Shown here piece after piece: positions 14,383-29,059 of a stretch of DNA of 64,000 bases. The DNA is from the human T2T-CHM13v2.0 reference genome, Homo sapiens: the NCBI RefSeq assembly GCF_009914755.1, contig NC_060931.1. The stretch is one strand, 5' to 3'. The notes beneath the pieces are model-generated. The model saw only the letters and a program-made list of their open reading frames with translations. It searched no databases and was not told where the DNA came from. The translations under genes were made by a program, and so were the position numbers. The first letter of the stretch is position 1; each line of letters begins with the position of its first letter.

Positions 14383-15315
14383 TTTTTAAATTATACTTTA
14401 AGTTCTGGGGTACGTGTGCAGAACATGCAGGTTTGTTACGTAGGTATACACATGCCATGGTGGTTTGCTGCTCCCATCAACCCGTCATCTACGTTAGATA
14501 TTTCTCCTAACGCTATCCCTCCCCTTGCCCCCGACTCCCCAACAAGCCCCCGTGTGTGATGTTCCCTGCCCTGTGTCCATATGTTCTCATTGTTCAATTC
14601 CCACTTATGACTGAGAACGTGCAGTGTTTGGTTTTCTGTTCCTATGTTAGTTTGCTGAGAATGATGGTTTCTGGCTTCGTCCATGTCTCTGCAAAGGACA
14701 TGAACTCATTCTTTTTTATGGCTGCATAGTATTCCATGGTGTACATGTGCCACATTTTCTTTATCCAGTCTATTATTGATGGGCATTTGGGTTGGTTCCA
14801 AGTCTTTTTACAGAATGGGAGAATATTTTTGCAATCTAACCATCGAACAAAGGGCTAATATCCAGAATCTACAAGGAACTTAAACAAATTTACAAGAAAA
14901 AAACAAACCCATCAAAAAGTGAGCGAGGGATGTGAACAGATACTTTTCAACAGAAGACATTTATGTGGCCAACAAACATATGAAAAAAAGCTCATCATCA
15001 TTGGTCATTAGAGAAATGCAAATCAAAACCACAATGAGATACCATCTCACGCCACTTAGAATGGTGATTATTAAAAAGTCAGGAAACAACAGATGCTAGA
15101 GAGGTTGTGGAGAAATAGGAACACTTTTACACTGTTGGTGGGGGTGTAAATTAGTTCAGCCATTGTGGAAGACAGCATGGTGATTCCTCAAGGATCTAGA
15201 GCTAGAAATGCCATTTGACCCAGCAATCCCATTACTGGGTGCATACCCAAAGGATTATAAATAATTCTACTATAAAAACATATGCACACATATGTTTATT
15301 GTAGCACTATTCACG
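14383..15315 (-). mobile_element. 5'-inverted L1PA (L1PA7-like)
   Basis: 14383-~14806 antisense 3' end, ~14808-15315 flipped ORF2 segment; TSD AAA(G/T)ATAAATATTTCT at 14367-14382 and 15316-15331. Confidence 0.94.
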
Positions 15316-15699
15316 AAATATAAATATTTCTAACAAATAATGTGACAATAAATTGTGAGGGAAAGAAGGTATGAATGGGAAGAGGCAATAGATCTAAGGT
15401 GTTTTTATCTTAAGATAATATCTCAAGATAGGTACTTGTGTCCCAACAAAATAAAATGTTTTCATAAATTATTTCCGGATGATAGAATTATTTATTTAGC
15501 TTTTCTACTTTGAATTTTCTACATAGCAGGCATTTTATTTTATACTAAAAAATGGCTTCTTAAAAATTATCTTATACTCTTTAAAGTATTACTCGTCAAC
15601 AAAGATATTTTTCCTTTCCTTAATGTGCAATTTAAAATTACTCTATGTGTATTCTTTACACTTTCCCATTTTTAATTTAAGAGAAATATTAAGTAGAGG

Positions 15700-15764
15700 A
15701 TATATATGTGTGTGTGTGCATATATATATATGTATATATGTATATATATGTATATATATATATA
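15700..15764. repeat. Compound (TG)n/(TA)n microsatellite
   Basis: Directly visible. Confidence 0.93.
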
Positions 15765-18249
15765 TTTAAATTTGGGATTGTCCAACTATTTGTCTTGCTA
15801 GTTCTTCATTTTGAAGATCAACAGCCTTATGTTACTTGTGTCATAGCACTTAGGAGAAATCCACACTTATTATGGCTATTATACCTGTCATAATTAATGC
15901 AATATTGACCTAACTAGCCAATAGCATTCTGAAAACTCTTTCAAGAAAAAATATTGATGAAATTAAATGAATCTTCATGGCCAGTACTTACATTATCACT
16001 ATCTACTTTGCATTTTCAGTATTCATTTATCCTCTGTTCAAGAAGACCGGGTTTGATCATTTGTTCAATGCTTTGGGCAAATTTGGGTTCAGGTAAATAT
16101 TCTAAATTATGTAATTTTTTTGATATTCTTGGCAAACAAGTTATGTTTTTTCATGTTCGGTTTCATATCAATGCTAACACTTTCTATACCTATAAAAAGT
16201 AGTTGTGGATTTATTTTTATATTTATGTGAAAATAAAAATCATCTGCAATAAGAGTTGCTGTATCAAAATAGTTAATTCTTGAGAATTGCCTGCTGTGTA
16301 CTTCAGAATTTTCAATGTTTGAATGGTCAGCCAGATATTGGATCCCACCCTGACACAAAACAAGAAATCATTTAGGGTACGCCTGAAGCCTGTGTGTGCG
16401 ATTAGATGACTCTCGTTGGGGAATAGTTAGATGGACGGTCTCTAAGTAACTGATTCTAAGGTCAGAAACTTGCGCAAAAGCTAACAGTTCTTATGGTACC
16501 CTGCTTCTAATAAACTACTGCTAAGTGTATAAAAATATTATCATATCATCTCTTTCCTTTTCTGCCTTATGAATGTGTTTATATGAAGTCATTTGACAAG
16601 TTATCATTAATGAACAAATTTTCCTGTGCCACTCAGATATTTCCAGAAGGCTCATCATAAAATGAATTTGAATGATTTCTTCAGGATTCACAGGATGGTG
16701 TGATTTTAGAAACTGTAATCTCTATCTTACCATTACATTCAGCCATGATAGAGCAAGAATATCATTGATCACTTCAAATATATATAAGTGATTGCCTTAC
16801 CATGACATTTGTGAAGATTACAGGCCAGTCGTTTTGCAGAATGTTTCCCATTTTTCATTTTTATTTATCATGATTTGATTCATATTGGAACTTAGCAAGA
16901 ACATTACATATGGGGTACTGTGATCTTTTTGTTGCATCCCATATGGTAACATATGTTTGATTACCTACAATTGGTAATACAAATTTAATTGAAGGCTAAA
17001 AACTATGCTTAAAATACTAAAGAAATGGAAAACCAGGAGGATGCGCCTAGCATTGAAACCATATTTCTTATAGAAATGTATGACAATTCTAGTGTTTCTT
17101 TTTGGCTTCTGCTTTCAGTGGAGGCATTGAGAAGCTGACAAGCTGAGTGCAGATGTTAACCTCCTTGTGAGGCTAATGAGACAAAAATTGTTCTCAAAAA
17201 GGAGGGAAAGATGCCCTGGAATTATCATCCAACATTAAGCTGGGGCCACAAAGGGTAAGGATTATTTGAAACAGACCTTTCCTCAAAGGATTTGAAACAC
17301 AGCTTCCAAGCAAATCAATCCCTGCTTTGATTAATCTAGTTTTACAAATGCCATACCTATGTACACAGAAAACTCAAAAGCCTTCTCGCTATATAAGACA
17401 TTGCTTGTTTGCTCAGTTTGTTGTATACAAAGTAAAAATATGTGTAAATTGAGTATCTATATGATACTAATAAGCAGAACAACATTTTAAAAAAAGGTCA
17501 CATCTTTAAATGAAGGTTCAGTAATATAAAGAAATTACTTACCTCTAGACTGATTTAGATTTATTAAAATTAACTAAAACGTTATAACTTTGTATGGAAA
17601 TCAAATGCCAAAGGATGGCCAAGACATGTAATTGTCTCTTAATATTGGTTTTCATTTCTTTTGTGTAAATGGCTAGGACCGTGATTGCTGGGTTATGTAG
17701 TAAGTGCTTGTTTCATTTTCTAAGAAACTGCTAAACATTGTTCCAAGGCAGCTGTACCATTTTGCAATCCCATTTGCCAGGGTTCAGTAGTTTCAGTGTT
17801 TTAAAAATCAATTCTAATATACGAGTAGCGGGTATTTCACTGTGGTTTTAATTTGCATTTCCCTAATGCCAGGAAAATGCTTTCAAAAGAAATTCCTAAA
17901 GAATAATAAAAACATGCTTCATCCACCAAGAGATGACTGAGAGGCAGCTGGTAATAAGTATTGACTAAGTTCAACTGTAAATCTAAGACTTAAAAAAAGT
18001 ATCTCTAAGGGGGAAAAGTAGTATATAAATGATAGATGATTTGGTTAAGTAGAAATAACAACTTAAAATTGGAGGAAAAGAGTGAGAGAGAAAAATGTTG
18101 TATAAGCTTATTAATTTATGACATGGATAGATAACACTCAAAGAAAATATTTAAATACGATTAAACAAAAAGTAGAAACTAAAAGAAGATCTCAGTACAG
18201 TATCAAAGGTGTTATTAAAGGCTTCTACTTGAATAAAAACATAAAGCTT

Positions 18250-18957
18250 TATCAGGACACAGAAAGCAATACCCCAATATATGGCATTTTGATATGCTGG
18301 GTGCTGTGAATTAAAGGTGAAAGGCCTCAGAAATAAGACTCAGAACCAAAGTCTCTCTGTGACCTTCTGCCCACTCTCTCTGATCCTCTTTCTTTCCTGA
18401 AGCAACAGAGTCCCTTGTCCTTATCTGACTAAAATCTTTATTTCCAAAAGTAACGCAATTGTCTTAAGACTCCTTTCTTAGAAATCTTATCAAATAACCA
18501 GAAAAGATTACCCACTAGAAAAGAGAAGAAACTGGAAGTCCTCATGATACCCAGATTTTTTTCATCTGTTGTTCTGAGGGCCGCTTGAGAGATTATCTGG
18601 GAGGCTTTATCTGCATAATAAAACTGCCTTTGTTCACAGTGAAGTTTCACCCCTCACTTTCCCACCACCTCCCCCAGACCACAAAAAACTTTGTCCCAGG
18701 TCCTTGTTCTTTGGGCTCATTCATTTCTCCTGAAAATTATTTACTCCTACACACCCTATATGCCCTTCCTCTATGAAGAAGCATGTACAAGCCTCTGGAC
18801 CACATTGAGTTTTTGGGTTTCACTCTACTGTGATCTTCCCTCATGCACGTCAATGAAATTCTGTATGGATTTTCCTCCTACTAATCTGCCTTTTGTCAGT
18901 TCATTTTCTGTGAACCTTCAGAGGGCTGAGGGGATGCTTTTCCTATAGCTTCATATA
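18250..18957 (+). mobile_element. MER39-like ERV1 solo LTR
   Basis: Start cagaaagcaataccccaatatatggcattttg and end gtgaaccttcagagggc resemble MER39. Confidence 0.75.
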
Positions 18958-21305
18958 CACCAAAAAAAATTACAAGTAAAGATCAAACAATGCAAAAAAA
19001 TTACAAGTAAAGATCAAACAAAGACCACATAAAGGAAAAATTACAATAAATATAATATAGTTCACAATATATTTAGGAATCTAACATATTATGGCACAGT
19101 TGATGCTAATTATATCAGTTATATTTATAAATGTTAATTTGCTTAACTCACTTGCAAAAAAATATTAAAATTGGCTCAAAACCAAATTTGATGTTATTTA
19201 CAAAAGACACACCTAACACAAATTGAGAAAAAAATGAATTAGGATGGACAACACTATAGAAGTTTATGCAAGCAAATGGAAAGCATTTGATGTAATCCTG
19301 ATATCAGAAAAGGGAGCCAGAATATTAAACAGTACAAAGAATATTCTGCTATTGAAAGGCCACATTTCACATTGAAGATAAAATATTTATGAATATCTAT
19401 GCATCACACAACACAACATGCATTCTATAAAGCAGAAAGGATAGGTGATACAAAAATGAAAACACTAAAATTAGAATTTTAATTGAAATTTTGGCAAGAT
19501 AATGCAAGCCAACAAATAACTAAAATATAAAAGACATAAACAATAAAAATCTGTAAGATTGATGTTGTGTGTATGTGTGTGAAAGATCTTTGTATTCCAA
19601 TAATAGTAAGTACATGATTTTTTTCAAAACAATACTTCAAGATTTAATAGAACACACAAAAATTTTTGATAGTCAATTTTTAGGCAGGAAATCTCATCAA
19701 ATTCCATGGGAGTAGAAAAAATAGTTATCACATTCAGTAAAACAAGAAAATAATAACAAAATCAAGAAAAATGTCACATATTTTAAGATTTTTTTTAACT
19801 CTATTAATCAACTTTTAGTTCTAAAGGGATATAAAATTCAAATTTCCAGATTTCTTAAAACAACAATAACATGCTACACATCAAACTCTTTGAGATAAAA
19901 ATAAGACAGCTTCTGAAGAAAATTTATAAACTTACACACAGAAACACAAATGAAAGAATAAAAATAGAGAAAGAAAATGCTCAATTCAAAAAGCACAGAG
20001 AGCAAAAGAGAAAAGTAAAATGAAGAAGAAAATAACAAATGCAAAATCAAAACTGAATGACGGAGAGAATGAAAAATTGGCAGAACTACAAAACAAATCA
20101 TAACATTGATTCTTAAATTTTCATTGCCATAGATAAACCAATGGATACATAAGGAAGCAAAAATGGGAAGACATAAATATTCAGATGCTGTCACAATAAG
20201 TAGGAAATAATGATTCAAAATGAAAAATATTTTTAAAATATTAGATTAATTTTATTAATTTTTTGAAAATAAATTCGGAAACAGGTAAAACTGACAATTT
20301 CTTAGGAAATTTTAGTATGCTATAATTGATTACGCTTAGAAAAGACATTTTCTACAAAAAAAAAAAAAATTGAGAACATTGTTCAAGAATATCCACATGA
20401 AAATAAGCAGGCCCAGATTTTTTACACAAGAATTTTACAAAATTTTCTAAGACAGATAGTTCTAATAATACACAAAGTGTTTCAGAGATCCAGAAATGAA
20501 GAAAACTCAACTTGCCATAAACAAGTAAAATATTGATATTCTAATCTGGTAAGGATAGCAAAAAAATAAATTTTCATATAAATCACGCTTTTTTATAGTA
20601 ATGTGGAATTCCTAAAGAAAATATTTGCAAACATAATCCAGTAGCATTAAAAAATACACTAATATGAAGAGGAGTTTAGGAATGATGGATTAGGAATTCA
20701 TCATATTAATTCATCTAAGACAAAATAGTACAGTTATCTCTATAGAACTTGAAAAGGCCTTTAAATCTTTAAGTGCTTATTAATGTTTAAAACATCAATA
20801 AAATGGAAGTTGAAAGGTAACTCTTTAACATAATAAAATATGTTAATATACCTAGCTCAAAGCCAGCAGCTTACTTAATGGGTAAATGCTACAGGCTTTT
20901 TTGCTCCATTTTTTTAAAGCAAAAAAGTCCATTATGATGTACCATTATTTTGAAAAATTTAGTTACTATATTAAGATATGAGGAGAATAATTAGTGTTAT
21001 AAAAATTTGAATTAAATTTTTAAATTTTTGTACTTACTAATAAAATAACTAGAAAGAACTAGAAATTCATTGATAAAAATTCCTTGAACAATTGTTTAAA
21101 AATTAATAAAAAATCAACAGATTTTATACAATCGAAATAAAAATTTAAGGTGAAATAAAGTAATAAAAATTGTCTTTTGTTATGGAAACAACAACAAAAA
21201 TCTCTAAAATATGCTGGGAGCAGATATTACAGCAAGAAATATGAAAAACCTATACAAGAAAACATTAAAGTATCTTCCCTCACAAAAAGAAAAAAAAAGA
21301 ATTGA

Positions 21306-21820
21306 TGTATGGAGACAAGAATGCCACACAAAATCATTCCTCTTTCGCATAAGGATTATTTTGAGCTGATTATTTTGAGAAACTGCAGATACAGGAGAAG
21401 CTCTGAAAACAAAGTAGAAGATACCATTTAGTAAGGGCAATTTACATCTCTAAAGGAGATCTCCTTTTGTGAGAGTGTCTCTCTCTGTACCAGGGAGAGA
21501 AGGATGCCTCTAAATAGATTATCTTGTCAAAGGAGAAGGCACAGACTTACATCAGCATAAAAACTTTACTCTCATTTGCCATGCTTTTTCTGGTCACCTC
21601 CCCATTATTGCTCACCCTAAACATCCTTCCTTCTTTCAGTGGAAAATGGAATTTAAGCCTGAATTCAAAGCCACCTCTTTGAGATTTCCTCATTTCTCAA
21701 AGTATCTTCTACATATACATGAGATGTATGTGTATGAAACTTTCATTTATTTTTCTTTTGCTAATCTGTCTATTGTTGCAGGGTCCATTTCAAGTAAAAC
21801 TATGAAAAGTAGAGGAAAAT
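21306..21820 (+). mobile_element. MER34-family LTR
   Basis: gcataaggattattttgagctgattattttgagaaactgcagatacaggagaagctctgaaaac resembles MER34. Confidence 0.75.
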
Positions 21821-22316
21821 GATAATCAATATCATTCCATAATGAAAACTTTAGGCTCAGATGTTTTCAATGGTAGAACATAAAACAATATGATAAAAAT
21901 AAAGCCAATTCACACAAACTTTCTCAGAAAACAGGAGAAAATGTTTCTCAGCTCCTTTTATGACACCACCATAATTTAGATACCAAAATCAAAAAAAGAT
22001 ACTACAAGAATAGAACATTATAAACCAGCATGTTTTATGAACACTAACAAACAAAATCTTCAATAAGATACTAGCAGTTCATAACTAGTAGACTATACAG
22101 AGAATAACACATCATACAAAAGTGGTGCTCTACCCAGCAATGCAAAGTTTTCCTAGTGTTTAAAAATCAAGGTAATTCACTGTATTTAGATAATAGAGGA
22201 GGGAAAAAAGTTATGCTCATTTAAAAAAAAACTTGTCAAAATTCAGCATCCACTCCTAATAAAATTTTCCACAATGTATGAATAAGATTACCTTTTCCTA
22301 ATTTTAAAAAAAGCAT

Positions 22317-22713
22317 TGTGGTGAGTACAATAACAGCACCACCAAAGACTTCCATGTCCTAATGCCCTAATTTCGCAAAATCTGTGAATGATATCTTACA
22401 TGGCAAAAAAATATGCAAATGATATTAAAGCTAAAGTCCTTGATATAGTGAGATTACCCTGGATTATCTGGGTTGCCTAATGTAATCTTCACTCTTAAAA
22501 GTGAAGAGCCTTTGTAATTCTGCCAACAATACAAAGGAACAATAAAACAGCCCTTTCCCAAGGGTCTCCAGAAGGGAACACAGCCCTGCTGACACATTGA
22601 TTTTAGCCAATGAGACCTGTTTCGGACTTCTGGACTAAATAATTTTAAAATAACATTTTATAAAAGGTGCTAAATTCGTGGTAATATTTTATGGCAGCTA
22701 TAAAGAAAACTAT
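22317..22713 (+). mobile_element. MLT1D/E-like MaLR LTR with internal deletion
   Basis: gagattaccctggattatctggg and cagccctgctgacacattgattttagcc MLT1 motifs. Confidence 0.8.
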
Positions 22714-25700
22714 AGTTACTATCATACTTAAATGTAACATATTGAACATTTAGTCACCAAGATTGGAAACAATGTAAGGATGTCTGCTCTCATTATTTTA
22801 TTAAGCATTTTGTGAGATTATTTACAACATGTAATCAAATAAAGAAAAAATATAAAAGTTTCCACATTGGAAAGATGTCTCCATTCGGCTACAACATAGT
22901 CTAATGCTATAAAAACTATAAACTTTTCTTTCTTAAACTAGTAAAATTTATTCTAAAGATGATATGGCTAAAAGAAACCCACCAAATATATGCAGAGAAA
23001 TTCTAAAATAGAAAAAAATAATAACAAAACCAAAACCTACAAAAATATTGACACTTACATGATAGGCTTCTAATTTTTTAGAGGTAACGTAATTCTGAAA
23101 CTATTTTGTATTTATTATAAAATAGAGCAAAGGAGTAAAATTACTGATTTTTTTTTTGTAACCAGTATTTTCACTATAAGAGAAAGGAAAAACAAATAAT
23201 GAAAGAGAGAATTTGTGGAAAAATAGAACAGTGTTATGTTTAGATTTAAGGTGTCATAAAAACATGAATTTTAAGTGTACTTTGTAGCTCTAACTACTAA
23301 GAATATTGAGAAGCAATGATGTTCAATTAGCAATGAGAATAGCCAGATATTAGCCTATAAATATATTTCCTTTTAAAAGGAAATGAGACTTTTTAAAGAA
23401 ATGCCCGATTACACATTTCAGGCAGGAAACAAATAATACAATGTGGGCAGAGAACATTTTGTTGTTTAGAAAGCAAGAATAAGAGAATATTTTATCTTCA
23501 CACACAAAAAATGCCAGCCAATACAAGTAGAATAATGGAAATAATCAGAAAAATAATTATTTTTTGCATCCGATTTAATAATTGATTCAAGCAATGTTAA
23601 CTAATTACCTCTGGAAAAGATGAAAAACAGAACTTATGAAGATAAATATGACCAATATCCTCAATGAAAAAGAATACCACAACAGACTATAGATATTGAA
23701 ATGGGAAGAAGCAACTGTTATAAGCAAATTTATACATATAAAATTGAAAATTATATGAAATACATAGCTTTGTAGAAAAATACAATTTACCAAAACTGAA
23801 ACAAAAGAAAGAAAATCTGAGTAGCTTATATCTATTAAAGAAATTGAATCTTATTTTAAAACCTTCCTCAAAGAAATACCAAGACAAAATAAGTCCAATG
23901 ATAAAGTGTAGTAAACATTTAAGAAAGAATAGCACTAATATTTACCAATTCTTCCAGAGAATAAGAAACCTGGAAGCACTTTGGATCAATTTAGAGTTCA
24001 GCATGACTTTGATATACAAAGCTGTCAAGGGCATTATGAGAACTATGGATTAGAGACTAATCTCATTCGTAAATGTAGATTGAAGACTTAAAATTAGAAA
24101 AATAAGTCCTGTAACATATAAAAAGAATGACATACTGGGAGCAAACATATTTTATTCAATAGATATAGAAATAATAATCAAAGTACTTTTATCTCCAGAA
24201 CAAAAGTTCGACATAGAGGAAGAACATGGCACTATTCAGGTGCTCTCCAAGTCATAGAAATAGGAAGGAGGCATTTGAGAGAATCTTAAGAAGTGCATAT
24301 ATCTGTATCAAATCATATACATATCCTATGGCCCAGAAATTTTACCTTTAGGAATAAAACCAGGCATATATGCACAGAATATCTGTTCAGCAATAATCAA
24401 AGCAGAATTATATGAACTAGCCCCAAACTTGAGATAGTGCTTAGGCCTAATAGTAGGTGAATGCAGAAATCATTACTGAGCAAAAATGCAAAAGACCCAC
24501 TAAAGAAATAGGAGAATTATATCCCCTTTAGGTGAACCAAAACTTAATCCATACCTCAGATTCTGCAACTATGGGTCCCAGGCTATGACAATATATTTTT
24601 AAATTTATAAGATTCTGCCAAGGAGTTGTCTATGTCATTAGATCAATTTTATTCTCTATAGTAGTGTAGTTAAGTTCTGGTTACTCCATATCCTTGAAAC
24701 ACTTATTATTGTCAGCCTTTTTAATTTTGGTCATCTTGTGCTCCTATTAAGGCAGCTAATTGTAGTTTTCATTCACATTCTCATGATAACTAGGATGTTG
24801 AACACCTTGCCATATAGTTTTAATGTAATTTTGGTCATTTAAGGAAGCTCACATGCTTGGTGTATGATGAGCATGGTCGAGCAGTAGGGAAAGAATGGCC
24901 CTTTCAACAAATGGTAGATGAACAGTATTTGGTGTATTAGAAAATGACATTGGACTTCTACAGCATACAATCAACTCTAGACTTAATTAGGCCAAAATAA
25001 TAACAATCCCAGAATATAACGTAGTTTAGGAACTTTAGGATTGGAGACTGTTTAAAGGTGCCTTAATAACAAACATTATAGTATCAAGAGAATCATAATT
25101 TAAAAATACAATGAGGTTCAATTCGATATGATTTGATGGTCAAAATTTAAATGTCAGGAAACACTAAACAATGAGAGTGAAGTCACAGAAACTTCCATAT
25201 GCTACAAAGAGGAGTATTAATTGGCACCTGCCAACTGGAATATAATTTGTCAGAATCCGTGAATGTTGAATACAAAGGACGTTATCTACTGATTTCACTC
25301 TTGGAGAGATGCCCTAAGGGTAATCTGTTAATGTGTGCTTCAGATATATGTGCAGGGATGCCCAGGATGGTCAAAAAGAAAGAAGAAACAAAAACAAATG
25401 TCCATCAAAAGAAGAACTGAAACATAAATTGTTGTACATGCATACCATCAAATACTAGAAGGAACTATAAACGTGTACATGAATGTGGATGGCTCTAGCA
25501 GTTATAATTTCATGTGAAAAAGGAAATAAAAGAATAGATAGAATGTGATTCAAATTATTGTAGCATGCAAGGACAGGAGAAAACCCAGATAAGTCGTTAA
25601 GGGAAACACATGTAGGTGATAAATTATTTTAAAAAGAAAAGTAAGAGATTATCATAAAATTCAAAAGAGTAGTTACCTATGTGGTGACCAGGGCTGTGAT

Positions 25701-27894
25701 GGGGAAGTTACACAATGGGGGTGTCTAAGGTTTTGGGGGTAATTTAATGGGTACTCATTTCATAAAGTTTCCTAATTTAGTGTGGTTGCATTTTATTCAC
25801 TTTCTTCTTGTGCACTTTATTTGACGTTAAAACATATTAGGCAACAGACAGTAACCATGGGTCGCCTGCTTCCAAAGGTGCTGCGTTCCTTCCCCTGGGC
25901 TGATGACCATGGCCCACATACCTCCAGGTCATGAGGACACAGCTCAAATTCCAGGCAGGAGCTCACGGAAAAGCTGTATTACTTCAGAACTAACAACAGG
26001 GGCCCTTCAGTGTGAGCGAACCAAATTAAGCCTCAAAACAGCATATGATTTCATTTGGGAAAATGTTTCAAAAAAGAAAATATTTAAAAGGTTTGTTTTT
26101 CTTCCCAGAATGTGGCCTCCTTACCATAGAATCAATGCTGGCATTACTTTTCCTACTACAAATTAAGGGCTATCAATAATTTTCCTGCTGTGACAATGGA
26201 AAGCAACAGAGAGACGAAAGAAAGCTCTGGACCTCTGCCCTGTGTGGGCCATTCTTGGGGTAATAAATTAGGAGTAGCAGGTATTTTTCAGAGTACCATA
26301 GAAGAAAGTAATATTTCTTTACAATTAATAATGATGACAATAACCATACAACAACGGCATAATGTTGATGGTGAGATTTGATAATTATTTACTGAAATTT
26401 CTTGACCTACCTCTGACCTACCCATGTCAAAATATTCACCACTGGGCTACTAATTTAGAACTGCCCAATGAGCAGTTAGATAAGATCTCAAATGTTGGTT
26501 TTTCCCAAATATCTATTACATAGAAACCTATTAAATGCTACACATGAGAACAGAAGTGCAGTTCTGCTGAACCACATTGGAGGGAGAGCCCACACCACTC
26601 ACTGCATTTGACAGCTAAGCTGCATCTCAGGGTTCCCCTGGTCCCTTCACAGATGCAGATGGTTCTATCTCTGTATGTGTGTGTGTGCATGTGTTCCTAT
26701 ATACACTGGCCAAAAATTTAAAGATGCACAACAAGTATATGACATATTTTATTAACAGTATTTAAAAACGCTAAACAAAACCATTTTTAGCATATGTCAG
26801 GGATGAATATGAGAATAGTTTACTTTGAGTTTTATAATGGTTCTATGCTTCTGGCACTTATTCATTTTGTTTAAAAACTATGTTAATTCTTATATCAATT
26901 CGGGAAAAACTTCATTACAATATGATACCTTGTATTTTTCAGTAATTTACTAAATATTCATTAGTTTTAGGATGTGTTTTTTTGAAAGATATTTTCTCAT
27001 GGAACCTATAACTATACAATCTCTGCTGTAGAGACTTTAGAAGTTTAAGAACCAGTTGCCATGTTTTTCTCTCTTTTTCTTCTTTCTCTCCTCATAAACC
27101 ACAGTGATGGTTGTGTGGATAAAGAAGTAAAATGTGTAATGAATTCCGATGCATTTTTACTGAAGCATGGATTTCAGGCTCACTCTGGGGGCACTTAGAG
27201 AAGAGAGCATGACAAAATGTCTTTGTCAATGTAGTGTTAAATAAGATTATGACCACATTTGGTTGCCAGCAATTCTTATAGCAACACAGTCTCTTATCTC
27301 AATATCTACTAGATATTTCAATATTTACATAAAAATATATCATCTCAATATTTACATAAAATATTTACATATATATCAATATTTACATGAAAATATATAA
27401 TTTTATTACTAAAAGTTTTTACTGAGTTTACCTGTTCACACATTATCAGTAATTTTCTTAGTAAATAATTGATTTAAAAATATTTTCTTTTATATAGAAT
27501 TCTTTACATCAAAGTATTGTTATGTTTTTCTAGAGGAATGATGAGTATATCAGATCTAATCTTTTTAATTTCTCTGTGTTGGTTAGATACTTAAATTAAC
27601 ATTTTCTATTTTAATTTTCTACTTATTTGGAATTTTGTTTTGACTTCTGATGTTTTATTTAAAATACTTTATCACAATTTTTTTGGCAATTTTGTTATGT
27701 CTTAAAAATGAAAAAAACCCATATACACATGCATGGTTCTGCACACAACACAGGATAGCGAATGGGAGCACAAATACCACACAGAAGCCGACCATGATAC
27801 ACCAACCACAGATAACTGTAGGATTAGAACTCTATGGCAGCAGGAAGATGTCTGTGCATCAGGTAACCTCATGATCTTTAGCCATATTTGTATG

Positions 27895-28382
27895 TTGCAA
27901 TGGTTCATTTCATGTGTCCAGTTGGCGGGGCTACGGAGTGCTCAGATATTTGGTTAAAACTTGTAGTTTCTGTGAGGGTGTTTCTGGATGAAATTAACAT
28001 TTAATTGAGTAGATCGAGTGAAGAAGATTGCCCTTCCCAATGTGGGTGGGCCTCTTCCAGCTTGTTGAAGGCCTGAATAGAAGGAAAATACTGCCTAAGA
28101 AGGAAACTCCTCTGTCTGACTGGCTGAGCTGGGACATGGGTCTTCAACACATCAACTGGGGCTGACACCATTGTCTCCCCTGGTTCTCAGGCCTTCAGGC
28201 TTGGACTGGAACTGTGCCACTGTCTTTCCTGGGTTTCCAGCTTGCAGACAGCGAATTGTGGGACTTCTTTGCCTCCATAACCATGTGAACTAATTCATCA
28301 TAATAAGTCTGTTAATTAGATCAGTAGATAGAGAGACAGAGATTCTGTTGGTTCCGTTTTTTTGGAGAACTCTGACTAATAT
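27895..28382 (+). mobile_element. MLT2 (MLT2D-like) ERVL LTR
   Basis: gtgagggtgtttctggatgaaattaacattt...gattgcccttcccaatgtgggtgggcctc; ends ggagaactctgactaata. Confidence 0.85.
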
Positions 28383-28571
28383 AGATATATGTTATCTTAC
28401 AAAGCTATATACACAGGTATACTTTATTTTCTCTAGGCTTCATCTATTTAAAGCTCTAATTATATAGACAAAATATAAATAATTTTCTTGAATAATATCA
28501 TTATTTTGTTCTGGAAAATTTTATTGTTAAAAATATACCATGTCAACAATAAAAAGCAGCAGCGCAGCTCA

Positions 28572-28771
28572 TTTTTTCTTTCTTTTTCCCTCTCTTTCTT
28601 TTTTTCCTTTCTTTCTTTCTTTTTCTTTCTTTCTTTCTTTCTCTTTCTTTCTTTTTCTTCTTTCTTTTCTTTCTTTTTCTTTCTTTCTCTCTCTTTCTTT
28701 TTCTCTCTCTCTCTTTCTTTCTCTTTCATTTTCTTCCTTTCCCACTCCTCCTTCCTTTCTTTTTTCTTTTT
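28572..28771. repeat. ~200-bp polypyrimidine (TTTC/TC)n tract
   Basis: Almost pure C/T on the + strand. Confidence 0.97.
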
Positions 28772-29059
28772 GCATTGAATTATCTCTTTCCTAAAAAATA
28801 ATGTTTCTTGCAGATAGGTCACTGTTTGCATAAACTAGCCCTAGGTAGCAGAAATTTAGAGGAAAAAAAAATGAATACTTGACAATACATTTGCTGTTTA
28901 CTTACACTGTTTCAATGGAAATATGAGATTTAAAAATTTCACTTCACCAATTTTACAGGATTAGTGTACATCAAGCTCTAGAGTACAGATCACACTTTGC
29001 AGTCCTATATCCTTGATATTGTTTATTGGTTATGCCACTTAGTAGCTGAGTAGAAACAC

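Larger units (their letters stand above)
19020..25800 (+). mobile_element. Patchwork of ancient L1M ORF2/3' fragments, mostly sense, with a short antisense piece at ~24560-24840
   Basis: A-rich degenerate L1 EN/RT-region motifs; ORFs at 23605-24053 are L1 ORF2 remnants; interrupted by LTRs. Confidence 0.65.

Noticed and set aside
28460-28831. K/E/R-rich and F/S/L-rich ORFs
   Set aside because: Translation of the CT low-complexity tract
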